DNA of 62,949 nucleotides, counting the filler, from Trichomonas gallinae (Eukaryota), in NCBI GenBank assembly GCA_008369845.1. It is 6 parts of 6 records of this genome, joined end to end, with 100 filler letters (N's around TTAATTAATTAA, not from the genome) between each part and the next. Parts side by side here need not be neighbours in the genome. Positions count along the whole stretch, not along the records: positions 1 to 6,533 come from MRSU01001559.1; positions 6,634 to 33,959 come from MRSU01001560.1; 4 more parts are not named here. One strand, written 5' to 3'. Below the pieces are notes generated by a model that saw nothing but the letters and a program-made list of their open reading frames with translations, did no database searches and was not told the origin of the DNA. Positions 1 to 11,192 of this stretch are shown here, one piece after another. The position numbers and the translations under genes were made by a program. Position 1 is the first letter of the stretch; each line of letters begins with the position of its first letter.

Positions 1-302
1 AAGTCTTACCAAAAATCGCCAATCTTGTTCCATTCAATTATTCAAACGGTGTTCCTGCATTTGAACAAGTTTGAAAAATTCAATGGATCAAGATTTTTCA
101 TTTTTGACATTCTTCCAATCGTTTTTGTGGTAACTTTGACACATCTCGTTTTTGATACTTTACAATGTCAGAATTTTTTGAGGAAAAAAATCTCTTTTTC
201 TGTATATACCCAATGTGCAGCATTAAATTTCAAAATATGGGGTCAATATACTCCTTTTTCATTTTTGTGACTTTTTTTCAAAATTTTCAAATAGGAAATT
301 TA

Positions 303-3102
303 ATGACTTCAGGCCTTGAAGAGGCCCAAGATTTTTATAATAAAGTTAATTGGATTGTTAATATGGGTCTTGGCTCAAAGGATACCGTGGAGTATTATTT
401 AATAAAAAACAACGGTGATACAGAGTTAACGATTGCAGAAATTTCAAACGAAGCGAAACTAAATAAAATAACAACAAAATCAGTAGAATTCATTCAATAC
501 CTAATCGATTGCTACATATATGGTCGAATTTCCTGCGACACAAAAGAACAAGAATTATTTGAAAAATACAAGAAATTTAAATTAGATTTATTTACTGTCA
601 CTATTTTTAACAGTGTTGAAGCGGAAATGGCGAATCTGATCAATGAAACTAAAGATATCGATATTATTGATGACTCGTTTAAATTATCATTAATTACGAC
701 ACAATTTTCTTATTTCAATGATTTTAACTTGCCTGAATTTGTTCAAATCTTAATTAAGGATGATCTTGAGTCATTTAAAGTTTTGGAACAAACTAAATCT
801 TTTTCAAGAGCAAAAATCAAGTATTTCAATATTTTGGATTCACAGAAATATTCGATTTCATTATTAGAACTAATCATCATGCTCGAAGCCGACAAAATTT
901 TTGAATATTTTGTTGAAATATGCACAACAACACGAAATGCATTGAGCCTTGGTGCTATTTCAAAAAATGACAAAATTTCTAAATTGTCATTAGAGAAGCT
1001 AAATAATCAAGGGCTAAACCTCGTATTCACCATTATTTTAACATATTTTTGGTAAGCAATAGAAATATCGAAATAGAAAATCTTAAAATAGAAACTTGGA
1101 TTGAAAACATTTGTTTATTACGCGATTATGTCGCATTTAATTCCTCAACCAAATCATTTAAACAAAAAAATCGACCATCATTCATTAACTTTTCTACAAA
1201 GCATGGGTGCCCTCTAATATTAGAGTCCGTCATTAATCGAGATGACATCATACGGGCAGAGAACATGTTTAACCTTAATTTCACAAAAGAAAAATCATAC
1301 AAACAAATTCCAGAGATCAGAAAGATTTATATGATCCATGTTGGAAAAGATATAAATCCACCCGCAATAATTCCAAAATTTCCGTTGTCAATATAAGTTC
1401 ATGAGAAAAAATTAAAAACAAAAGAGAATGGAATGAATCATTTATAAAGAATATAAATACTACGGTCGCATCGGATTCGATAATCAGATTATATTTAGAA
1501 TCAGATCTCTTGATTTTCAAAACTTCGAGATTTTCTTGATTAATACGTGTTCAGATATTGGAATCCACAACAACGAATTATGTTTCGAAGAACCTGATGC
1601 TGTGATTTACAAATCTAATCTTGATTCAAAATTCCTAAACAAAACGTTTGTTCATGCGTATGTTAAAAATTATATAAGAAAAGATCAATTTACTAAATAT
1701 CATAAGGATATTTTCAAAAAATCACTTAATTGTATCGATAGCATTTTTGAAGCGCTTCCTGGCTATAAAGAATTCAAGGTGGCTTCATATCAAAAAGCAG
1801 AAGGTTTCAATCTCATATATAAGAATAAAAAGATTGAATGGGCCCTATGGATCCCTTCAACAACGAAACACATCATGTCTCTTCAAGATCACAAACTTGT
1901 GATACAACTGGATGCAACATTCGATTTTGATTCTTACGTTGTTATTGTTCCCCATGCCATTATCCACAATAATGGATTTCCACTTGGACTATTAGTAGCA
2001 CCATCTGAATCAAAAGCTAGCTATAATTTAATATATCAACATCTTAAAAACGAAGATCAAAATAATGCTGTCAATGATGCAGTTTGGATGGGAGATTTTG
2101 GTAAGGGCATCTCGGGGTTTTTCAAGGATAACGCCCTAAAAGTTTGGCGCTGTCTGCGACATTTTTTAGGGCGTATCAACCCCAAGAGCCCTGCGTACAT
2201 TGTTATACGCGATATTCTTTGGTCTTCTGATATGACTACATACAATGAGTTGTATAAAAAAATAGATCCGATTATAGTCGAACTTCACAGCCTTGAAGGA
2301 TTTACAGACGCTCAATTTTGCGCCTGGAAAGAGCTGAAGGATAAAAAAATGAGCTGGCTTTATGTTTAAGATTACCTCGTATTTCAACTACAAATCATGT
2401 GGAATTATTTCATTCTAAACTTAAAAAACTATATCAAGAGCATCAAGCGAGAAACGTTAACGAAAAGTTCAAATTAATTGTTATATATATGATGTGAAGA
2501 ATTAATAAACTTGTTATCCCAAATAACAGGTCTGCGTATGAATGTCTTCTCAAGATGAAGTAGTATGCAAAATCTAACGAGATCGAACAGGTGGAGTCAT
2601 GTAATCGCTGCAAGGGAACGAGAGATGTTTTAGAAAATTTGTATGGCTGCGAAATGCCGTGCATCCATACTTGTGTTAAACTTAGCAAGAATGACATTAA
2701 GGCTCCATTACAATTCAACGCATTGGATTAGGTTCTAAAATTAACGAAAGCAAAAACATTAAAGAATCGGAAATTTCATTATGTAAATGTCATGATGAAT
2801 GTGACCAACAAGATCAAAATGTATATCCAGCATTTGATCAACTTAGTTTATATGATCCAAAATCGTCCTTGGATTATAAATACGAAATTGTTAGATTATT
2901 TAATCGGTTTTTCGGTATCAAGTCATTTCCAACTGCCGGATTCATCATGAATAGACTTGGCTTGGCAACAGGAGAAGGTTATTCAAATGAGGACAGAGAA
3001 GCATTGTTACATCAGTAAATCATTGAATGAACTTTGAACTTTCATGAGTTCAAAAAGAAAGTCGAAAAAGAGAAAGCTTTTTGTTTGAGAAATGAAAATT
3101 AA
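303..3102 (+). pseudogene. Decayed Mutator-like (MULE) DDE transposase gene with a long N-terminal extension; several frameshifts and in-frame stops
   Basis: ORF 1536-2369 has LDATF (first D), MGDFGKGI (second D) and the MULE CxxH motif (WRCLRH). After a frameshift in the A-run at ~2343-2349 the frame reads LRLPRISTTNHVELFHSKLK (TTNxxE, catalytic E), then a SWIM-like CNRC...MPCIH (~2600-2670). Upstream ORFs 303-1055 and 1049-1396 appear to join the same frame through frameshifts. Last stop at 3100-3102. Confidence 0.8.
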
Positions 3103-3312
3103 TAATTTTTAAAATAAATTTTATTGTAATTAATTTTATAATATTTAATGTGGATATTCAAAAGTCGCCTATATTGAGCTAGTTCTTTAATGAGAAAAAA
3201 CAATTAAGGCGTCAAATATAAACATCCATTGCAACAATTATTGTTTGGTATTCTTGATAGTTTAAAAATATTGAACGAGGTTCATTTCGTTGATTTAGAC
3301 CTTATCTTCAAG

Positions 3313-3404
3313 AGACTTGAGAGACTAGTCTTACGAGTTGTCTTTGTCAGCATTCGTGTTGTCTTTGTCTTTAAAAGACTTGAGAGACTAGTCTTGCGAG
3401 TTGT
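3313..3404. repeat. 29-bp direct repeat, two copies 63 bp apart
   Basis: AGACTTGAGAGACTAGTCTT(A/G)CGAGTTGT at 3313-3341 and 3376-3404, one mismatch. Confidence 0.9.
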
Positions 3405-3825
3405 ATGTGTTAGCTTGTGGCGAGTCCAAATTGTGTCTAGCGTCGTATAAAGAGAGAGAACAGTAAGACGGGCAACCTCAACATTCACACATTAAATGAA
3501 CTGAAATTTTTAATGATTATTCAGATCATCAAATATTATATATTAATGAAGTAAATAAAAATATATCTGAAAAAAATGCTAAAATAAGCTACAATGTAAT
3601 GAGTCAACAAGTTAAAATAAAATATAATAAACGTATTGCACTTGGAGATCTGTATTGCAACATTATGGGTAACACAAGACTGAGCCACTATGAATAATGA
3701 CACTTTTCTTTTTGGCGCCAACTTTTGCATGAAATATCATTTTATTCTATTGCCTTAAGTACTAAATATTTTACTTTTACATTAATTTATACAAATATAT
3801 TTTTTTAGCAAATAGTTTTACGTTT

Positions 3826-4068
3826 ATTTTCATATGACACATAGTTATTCTATTATTATGTGTACATTTGATTCATATCAGCAAAGAATATCCATATATA
3901 AACGTAAAAATTGTGCAAAATCAGATGTGATCTACACAATGCAAAGCATATCTTCACAACCCTTGACACTAAAAAGATGGAGAAACCACACAATATCAAC
4001 AAGATTTTAGGAGACGTAAAATCAATTATCTTGCACCGTTATAGCGATTTTCTTGTTTTTTCGCACTT
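3826..4068 (+). repeat. ~240-bp dispersed repeat; candidate right terminal inverted repeat of the MULE
   Basis: Collinear with 59309-59565 (same strand) and 58912-59165 (opposite strand). Shared blocks: GCAAAATCAGATGTGATCT, TGCAAAGCATATC, ATATCAACAAGATTTTA, GTTATAGCGATTTT. Confidence 0.75.
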
Positions 4069-5107
4069 AAATCGTACTGCCGAAAATTTTAGACCAAAAT
4101 TTCGTATTGTTCCTTTTTTTCGAGCATGAGGAGCACGTTTGAAGCTCAGAAAATTTTCTGATATTTACATATGTAAATATTTCAAAAAAAGTATCTATTA
4201 TTATTCTTAATATGTATTGCTGTATTCAAAAAACCTAAAAATAAGTTTATTTGAAAAATAATTATTTTTAGATTTTAATATTGAAAAACTATATTAAATC
4301 ATATATAAAATGAATTTTACAACTTATTAATTTTTTCCATGTAGTATTGCAAAATTCATTGTTCAAAAACTGATTTCAACATGAGTAAGGCATATTTAAT
4401 AAGAAATCTCAAAGATAATTTTGGAAATATATTATTTTGTCTATTTGTTTCGAAATAATTCAGTACATAGTTTTTATAATATATAATAGCTTAGATTTGT
4501 TTAATTTATAAATCTCATTTGAATTATATAATCTTATCAAAGTTTTGATAGGTGTATGTATTAAATATGTATCATAAAGGAAACAGTATATATGAAATTA
4601 AATTACATGTGTTTCAATGAAAAGATTTGGCACATAATTAAAAATCTTAACTTTTCTTTGTAATGGAAATTGTCGCGTTAGTATATATATATAAATGTTG
4701 TATATTGGATACATTTTAACTTCTATTTTTATATGATTTTTCTGAATCTCGAGAGGGATTCCAATAAACGATAAAAATTTTGTTATACTTCCATAAACTC
4801 TCATAAAACATAGACACCCAATAATTTTCAATTTTTTTGTTAATTTTCATAAAAGTTCTCCTACTATAGTAGGGCAATTTTTAATCATTTTTATGCATTT
4901 ATAAAAATAAAAATTAAAATAGTACTGATGTTGTGGAACTTATATATTTGATATAGAAGTGATTTTTGAGACTTTTTGTATTGAATCTGATTTAATTTAC
5001 AATATATTTGATATAGAAGTTCATTATTTACAATATATATATAATGTGTACAAGATATTGATAAATATGTGTTTTAATAACAAATATAGTGATTAAAATA
5101 AAAAAAA

Positions 5108-5581
5108 TTAATGTGCGATAGGTACTGGAGATGAAGGAACAGAACTGAATAATGCTAATGATGCAGGGTTAAAAAGATAAGTGTTAGATTGATTTTCTTC
5201 GATCAAAGCTAATTTTCCATCTTCTAATCCTGCTTCACGACCTTCTTTGATGCCTGCAGCATATCCTTCATCATATCCATGTCTTTCGCCGTAATCATAT
5301 CCTTCGCCATATCCTTCATCATAGCCAGCTGCATGGCCCCTATCATTGCCTACTGACAGTCCTTCTTCGAATCCTGCTTCACGGCCTTCATTTATGCCTG
5401 CTTCACGGCCTTCTTCGAATCCTGCTTCACGGCCTTCATTGATGCCTGCTGACCATCCTGCTACGAATTTAATTGTTCTACCCTCGTTGATTCTAGCTTG
5501 CAGCCCTTCTTTAAATCCTGTGGCATTTTCTTCTTCGATCGAAATTACTTTTCCTTTTTTGTAAGCATCTGATTTTTCCAT
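5108..5581 (-). CDS. Gly/Glu-rich (GxxEG)n repeat ORF; probably the frameshifted C-terminal part of the upstream USP-like gene
   Basis: Repeats of EGREAGINEG / EGYxxG. The frame stays open upstream (IDADIKSGNLARNEEG) to within a few bases of the USP ORF end. Confidence 0.45.
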   Translation of the reverse strand: MEKSDAYKKGKVISIEEENATGFKEGLQARINEGRTIKFVAGWSAGINEGREAGFEEGREAGINEGREAGFEEGLSVGNDRGHAAGYDEGYGEGYDYGERHGYDEGYAAGIKEGREAGLEDGKLALIEENQSNTYLFNPASLALFSSVPSSPVPIAH

Positions 5582-5650
5582 TTCGATTCTAAATCTTTTT
5601 CCTTCTTCATTTCTTGCTAAATTTCCTGATTTTATATCTGCATCTATTTT

Positions 5651-6532
5651 TTATCTCTCTTTCATTTTCTTCATTATCAGTTTCTTTTCTTCGATCTTCA
5701 TAAGTGTTTTTATCTTTTGATTCCTTGTTTTATATCTACATTTTACATCATCACACATTATCCAATAATTACCGTGGACATGTATAAAAGCTACATAATG
5801 ACCGTGGCATTCATTTCCGAGAAAAGATATGACCGCATACAAAGTGTCATACAATGCTCGACTATAATATATTATTAATATGTCAGGATGTGTTGACATG
5901 AGCTTAGATTGATTTTCGATTTGTGATATAGGACTTTCTTCATCTTGAACATACACAATTAAGTGAGTTTCCACATGTAATATAGTACTATACTCCTCTC
6001 GCATTGTGAAATTAAAGCATTTACTAATTTCTTCTGTTAGTTTTTCATATATAATGTTTAACGCTTCACTTACATCTTGTGGCTCTTTATTATATAGTTT
6101 CATGTTACTTATAATGCCTGTAGGATCTACACTATTCGAACTATATGACATCAAATTAAAAAGATTTTGTAAGTGATTTTCAAAATCATTTTTGGTAATG
6201 AAATGAAGATTTTCACGGAAGGCATACGATCTATAAAACACTTGGAAAAGCGCGTTTAAGTAACATGAGTTTCCTAGGTTGCGTATACCAATCATTGATT
6301 TACGGTCACGAGCAAAGCGGTCAATAAAAGGTTCATAAGGAACTTCAATGGGTGTGTAAGAACAACATCTAATTGTGGATGAAAAATGAGCTTTAAAGAT
6401 TTGCTTCGGCTGATTGGTCTGCAGCGCTTCGCCTTTAGTTGCAGATGGAAGTCTTTGTGTTGCTTCTTTGTCTTGTTTTGCAGATGGAAGAATTTGTGTT
6501 GCTTCTTTGTCTTGTTTTGCAGATGGAAGAAT
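5651..6532 (-). pseudogene. Ubiquitin-specific protease (peptidase C19) domain gene, 5'-truncated by the contig edge, internally shortened and frameshifted
   Basis: Cys box GIRNLGNSCYLNALFQ, QD motif (EPQDVSE) and His box GHYVAFIH...WIMCDD. The frame is open for 79 more codons upstream of 6295, to the gap. Confidence 0.75.
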
Positions 6533-6533
6533 T
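6441..6533. repeat. 39-bp tandem repeat (13-aa ILPSAKQDKEATQ on the minus strand), ~2.4 copies, cut by the gap
   Basis: GCAGATGGAAG(A/T)(A/C)TTTGTGTTGCTTCTTTGTCTTGTTTT repeated up to the contig end. Confidence 0.9.
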
Positions 6534-6633
6534 NNNNNNNNNNNNNNNNNNNNNNNNNNNNNNNNNNNNNNNNNNNNTTAATTAATTAANNNNNNNNNNN
6601 NNNNNNNNNNNNNNNNNNNNNNNNNNNNNNNNN
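6534..6633. other. Artificial contig linker N44-TTAATTAATTAA-N44
   Basis: An identical 100-nt spacer with stops in all six frames occurs five times in the window. Confidence 0.97.
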
Positions 6634-7228
6634 GTGGAGGGAGAGGAACGGAGAATCGAGCCCTACATTGATGAAGTTTAGTTCCCCTTAGGATTCACAC
6701 TTCATATACTACTGTGCGAATGAATTAGATTAATATCATGTATATTGCAAAGTATGTAGAAAGCATTTGATTCATGACATGCGCATTCATCAAATATAAC
6801 TTGTAGATGACTTGGATCAATAAAATTAATTCATCTTTCTTTATATTTAAATTTCTTGAATATGAATTGATATGATCCAAAAATTGAATAAATTTCCTTA
6901 AATATCCTTTTTCATGGATGAAGAAATCAATATTTATTACAAATAGTTTAACATTTTTCATGCATTGACATGCTAATTCTTTCACTTTCTTGTTCTTCAG
7001 GAAAAAATGTTTATATTTCAATAAGTTAGTGGGAACAAGCATTAATACACATACATGTGCTTTCATCTACTAATTATTCAGCAGGATGAAGCTGGCAATG
7101 AAATAATCAGAAAAAATAAAACAAACAAGCTTTTCGTATCAAACAATTGCAATATGTTTCAACATATGTTTCATCATGAAGCTCTGTAATCATGGCGAAA
7201 TTAATAAAGCATTAGCTAGTCAATCGTA

Positions 7229-8010
7229 TCATGATGAATCAATCTTATAACCAAGCGCAATAGTCGTATCAGTGACTATCATTGTTGTTGAAGGTACTAT
7301 GCTGTCAGATTCACTGCCCACAACTCGATACAGGCTTGAACAGCAAGGAATAACAAGGGCAACAACAAAAAAGGAAAAGTATGCAGATAGAGTTATTCCA
7401 ATTTTAAGAACTTGATGATTATCAGATATTGATGCTGTTTGAGTTGGAATTGATGTTGTTTGTTGTTGTATTGGAGGTGGTTGATCTGCAAGCTTACCAT
7501 ACTAACGTCTGTGAACATGTTTGGACTATTATCAGTTTGGATTGAAATTCCAGACAAAATATCATATATATCCGATTTTGCTTTCGGATGTATTAATTCT
7601 GTTCATGCTCCCATGTCTTCAAGCTCAATGCCAGATGGACACTTTCCTCCATTGTCTCCAACATAAATTTCGATGTTATAATGTTTAACAGCCCAGTGTT
7701 GGCGTAAGTTGTAGTTAGGAAAGTGATTTTCTTTCCTTTCACAGTGATATTGCAGAGAATATCCTTATATGGCTGGTAAATGATAGTCTTTGTATAGTTA
7801 ATCGCTGATATTAAAAACATGGGTAATTTCGTGAACGCAGTGATAGATGAATTTGATGTTCCATGAGGTGTAGTCCTGTGGATCAGATGGAATTTCACGA
7901 GCATTGGTCATAATACCTGCAAGACGAGGTCTTTTTCCAAGATCTTCGAAAAAGTCATAAGATGCTGAGCTTGCAACTACATCACTGCCAGATCCAGATG
8001 AAACTACAAC
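7229..8010 (-). pseudogene. GP63/leishmanolysin-like (peptidase M8) pseudogene fragment with C-terminal linker and TM segment
   Basis: HEITH zinc motif at 7819-7833. A shifted frame gives GDNGGKCPSGIELEDMGA*TELIH (GIELEDxGG...H motif), then PPPIQQQTTSIPTQ, a hydrophobic GITLSAYFSFFVVALVI segment and a stop at 7229-7231. Confidence 0.7.
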
Positions 8011-9207
8011 CATGCACATTTCTCGGTGAAAAATCATTTGGTGACGAAAACCAATTCATCCAAATTCTTTCTCTTCCTGAAATAACAATTTTAAACGATT
8101 GCAAAGATTTCGCAGATGTTCCTAGCATAATAGAACTTCCAAAACTCAAAATAGTAAAGAAAATGAACTTTTCGGCTCTCATCAATCTGAAATATCTAAA
8201 ACTTGATGAAGTTGAAACTATGGAACGAAAGATTCTGAGTTTTCCTAACATAGTAAATATTAGAATGAAAAAGTCTTACTGCGCTTAGTGGTGAAACATT
8301 CTTAAATGCATATAATTTGGAATTCCAAACGTAACATTCATCCGGAAATCTTGAAGAGTTAAATTTGCATGCAAATATATAACTAAGCTTTCAAAAATCC
8401 AACGATTAAATCTTTGTATACTACATTAGTTAATTTTGTTTTAACACAAGCATGCGAAAACTTCCACTTTAAGAAATTATCATTTCTAAACATTAGAATG
8501 ATCCATAATGTTTCATTTATTAACAACGATATCGAATCAATTGATCTACCCATTGCTGATTCAATTGGAAGCCGAGTCTTTTTTGTTCAAAGTTTGAAAG
8601 AATATACTGTTCTAATTGCAAAACTATTGGACTTCTTGCATTTTCAAGAAAATGTTACTAAATTAGGTTCAGAAGCATTTAAAGGTGTTGAAACTTTGAT
8701 ATCAGTCAATCTCACCAATCAAATAAACTTATCTGATGGAATTTTTGATTCATGCATTAACTTAAAGGCATTATATTTGACTAAAGTTGAAAGCCTTATT
8801 GGCGATCATCATTTTAACAACTGCACAAAACTAGAATCCATTGATCTTTCATCATTTAAAGAAGTTAATAATTCAGCTGTTAATATATTCAATAACTGTC
8901 AAAATCTGAAAAAGATTTCATTGGGTGATTGTCCTCCAAAAACATTCGGTGAGTCAATTTCTTTCGCTGAAACTGCAATAGTTTTGCCATCCTTAGATTC
9001 ATGGAAGAATTATATTTCCCAGTGCAAAGTTGTCAATATGAAATATGTTTGGTTTGGATTCCGTACTGACATTGCAGTGCCATTACCAGTCTGGGTCTAC
9101 ATAGTTATAGTCATTGCATTGTTTTATTTTCTATTTTGCGAGTTATTCTCTATAGGAACATAAAGAATAAGGGAGATAACAAATCAATGCAGACTCTATT
9201 AATATAA
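8010..9207 (+). pseudogene. BspA-like (TpLRR/LRR_5) surface protein pseudogene with C-terminal TM
   Basis: Repeats such as LGSEAFKGVETLISVNL, FDSCINLKALYL and FNNCTKLESIDL. TM segment PVWVYIVIVIAL. Broken into ORFs 7962-8288 and 8414-9163 plus a frameshifted tail ending KSMQTLLI*. Confidence 0.75.
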
Positions 9208-11192
9208 TTTTTTTTAACATACAATTTAATAAATTTATATTTGATAGAACGCATTGGCTCTTGTGATTAATGAGTTAACTATATTCACGCATGTGAAAAA
9301 ATGAGAAGGTTGGTCGACGAAGAAATATTGAGTATCTCCTAGTATCTGTATTAACCTTTTGCTATCAAATAATTTTTGTGGTGTACATCCATAACTTTAT
9401 ATTGCATATATGGATGTACAGACTCTGTAGCAAACGTTTTTGAAATAATAAAAAGCTAATTCAATTGAAGTTGTTGAAGAAATTTTACGTTGAATGCGGC
9501 AAATATTAATGATGTCAAGCCATAAATGTTTTGTCATTCTATCAAAATTTAGAATAGTTTTCATTCATTATAAGAAACATTGCAAAACAAATTAGGAAGA
9601 GTCAATATTTCTGCATTTTTGATAATAGATTTGAATAATAAGCATATATCTGATGAACCCACTATGTATTCTATTAATCATCCTTTCAGCAACCATCTTT
9701 TGAGCATGATTAAATTATTCTGTTATGGAAAATGAATATATGAATAGCATTTGTTATATGACAATACAATTGTAATACATGTTTAATATCGAAAAACAAA
9801 CTCCGATGAATTTCAATCAATGTTCATGATCCTTTACCTTGCTTAGAATTAACCGTTTGATTGATATATTGCAATGTTTTAATGGCATAAATAGTTATAC
9901 CTTAAAAATGAAAAAATTGATAAAATCTTCATATCAATTTCGTGTTTCCATCAATCAAAGGCAAATAAACAACCGCCAATAATTCCATATATCATGGATG
10001 ATCCATAATATTTAGATGATTGACAACAGGATATATTATCATTGTTTAAAATGATGATATCAAAATTATCGAATTTGATGCTGAAACATAATATGTATGC
10101 ATTGTACAGCCATACAGGTTATACCTACAATGAAGAAATGGCAATCAAAATAATTTTTTTGTCAATCATTGCAAATTATGACCGCTGCAAGAAAAAAAAA
10201 ATGAGTTGTATTTGAAATATTGAATTAATAGCTTACAGACATGCACATATACCTGTTTATAGGCCTATATATCAGGAGGGTGAGATATTACGTTATCCGT
10301 TGTTCCGAAAACAATTCAGGTATATATGCGGATAAACACAAATTATAAAAATGTTTTCAGTGAAAATCATGTATAGTTGAAGCAAATTAATGATCATCTT
10401 CGGGCTTGGAAAGTTTTATACTCAAAGTCCGATAAATGGTAACTTTTTGAAAAGTTTCCGAATGTCAGAATCAATACCATTACAACGAATTCAATTTTTT
10501 TGTTTTTGTGTTGAATTTGATCGGTGTGATTGAAAAATGAGTTTTTGAATTATGGAATACAATGATCATCCTTATAAAAATAACTGTTTTATGTGATAAA
10601 TAATGAGTATACAGTTTATTTTTTATATTAACACGTTTCATGAAAATAATTGAAAAGGAATTTTGTTTATAGTTCTCTAGTATACGTTAGTTTGATAAAG
10701 ATATTATTATTTTGAATGCCATTTATCATCCGTTCAAGATATCTGATGATCGCAAAGAAATAAAAATAACCCTAAAATTTGGACATGTTCCAATTGTTTA
10801 TTTGCAATATATGAGTTATAATAAGCCATTTCCTGATACAAAGATATAAATAAAAAACAATTCGTAAAAATCACGTTAATTTATTATTTTATTTCCATTA
10901 CTATATATTGAGTTTTTATTTATATTTTGACTCTAGAATACAAAATGGTTTAAATTTTAAAATATATCTGTTATGTGTTATTTAAATGGATATGAATTTT
11001 TCCTCAATTTTATATTCTCAATATTCATTTTTGAACCAAAAAACGATTAAGTTTTCATTGTTGATTTATCGTTAATCAAGGAATTATGAGGGGTAGTCGA
11101 TTATTAATACATTACTAAATAAAAATTGATTTCAAAAGATTCAATTTTTCATTGAATTTTTGTATCGCTATCAAAAAATTCATTTTTTATAA

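Noticed and set aside
238..3182. Possible short TIR pair TCAATATA (~243) / TATATTGA (~3170) around the transposase
   Set aside because: Only 8 bp in AT-rich DNA and it does not extend; expected by chance.
3402..3414. Minus-strand GCTAACACATAC resembling the trichomonad intron branch/3' motif (RCTAACACACAG)
   Set aside because: It lacks the terminal AG and I found no matching GTAYGT donor. No intron was supported anywhere in the window.
3911..4129. Similar short ORFs at 3911-4129 and 59349-59531 (KIRCDLH.AKHI)
   Set aside because: The similarity comes from the shared non-coding repeat. Both have TTG starts and indels break the frame between copies.
6578..6589. TTAATTAATTAA palindrome recurring five times
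   Set aside because: Always centred in N-runs: a synthetic linker, not a biological repeat or CRISPR repeat.
6725..7066. 113-aa minus-strand ORF
   Set aside because: No recognisable motif, AT-rich and among pseudogene debris; cannot be supported as a gene.
9250..10560. Coding-like decayed sequence (possible ankyrin-associated and F5/8-type remnants)
   Set aside because: Too many stops and frameshifts to assign a family by eye.
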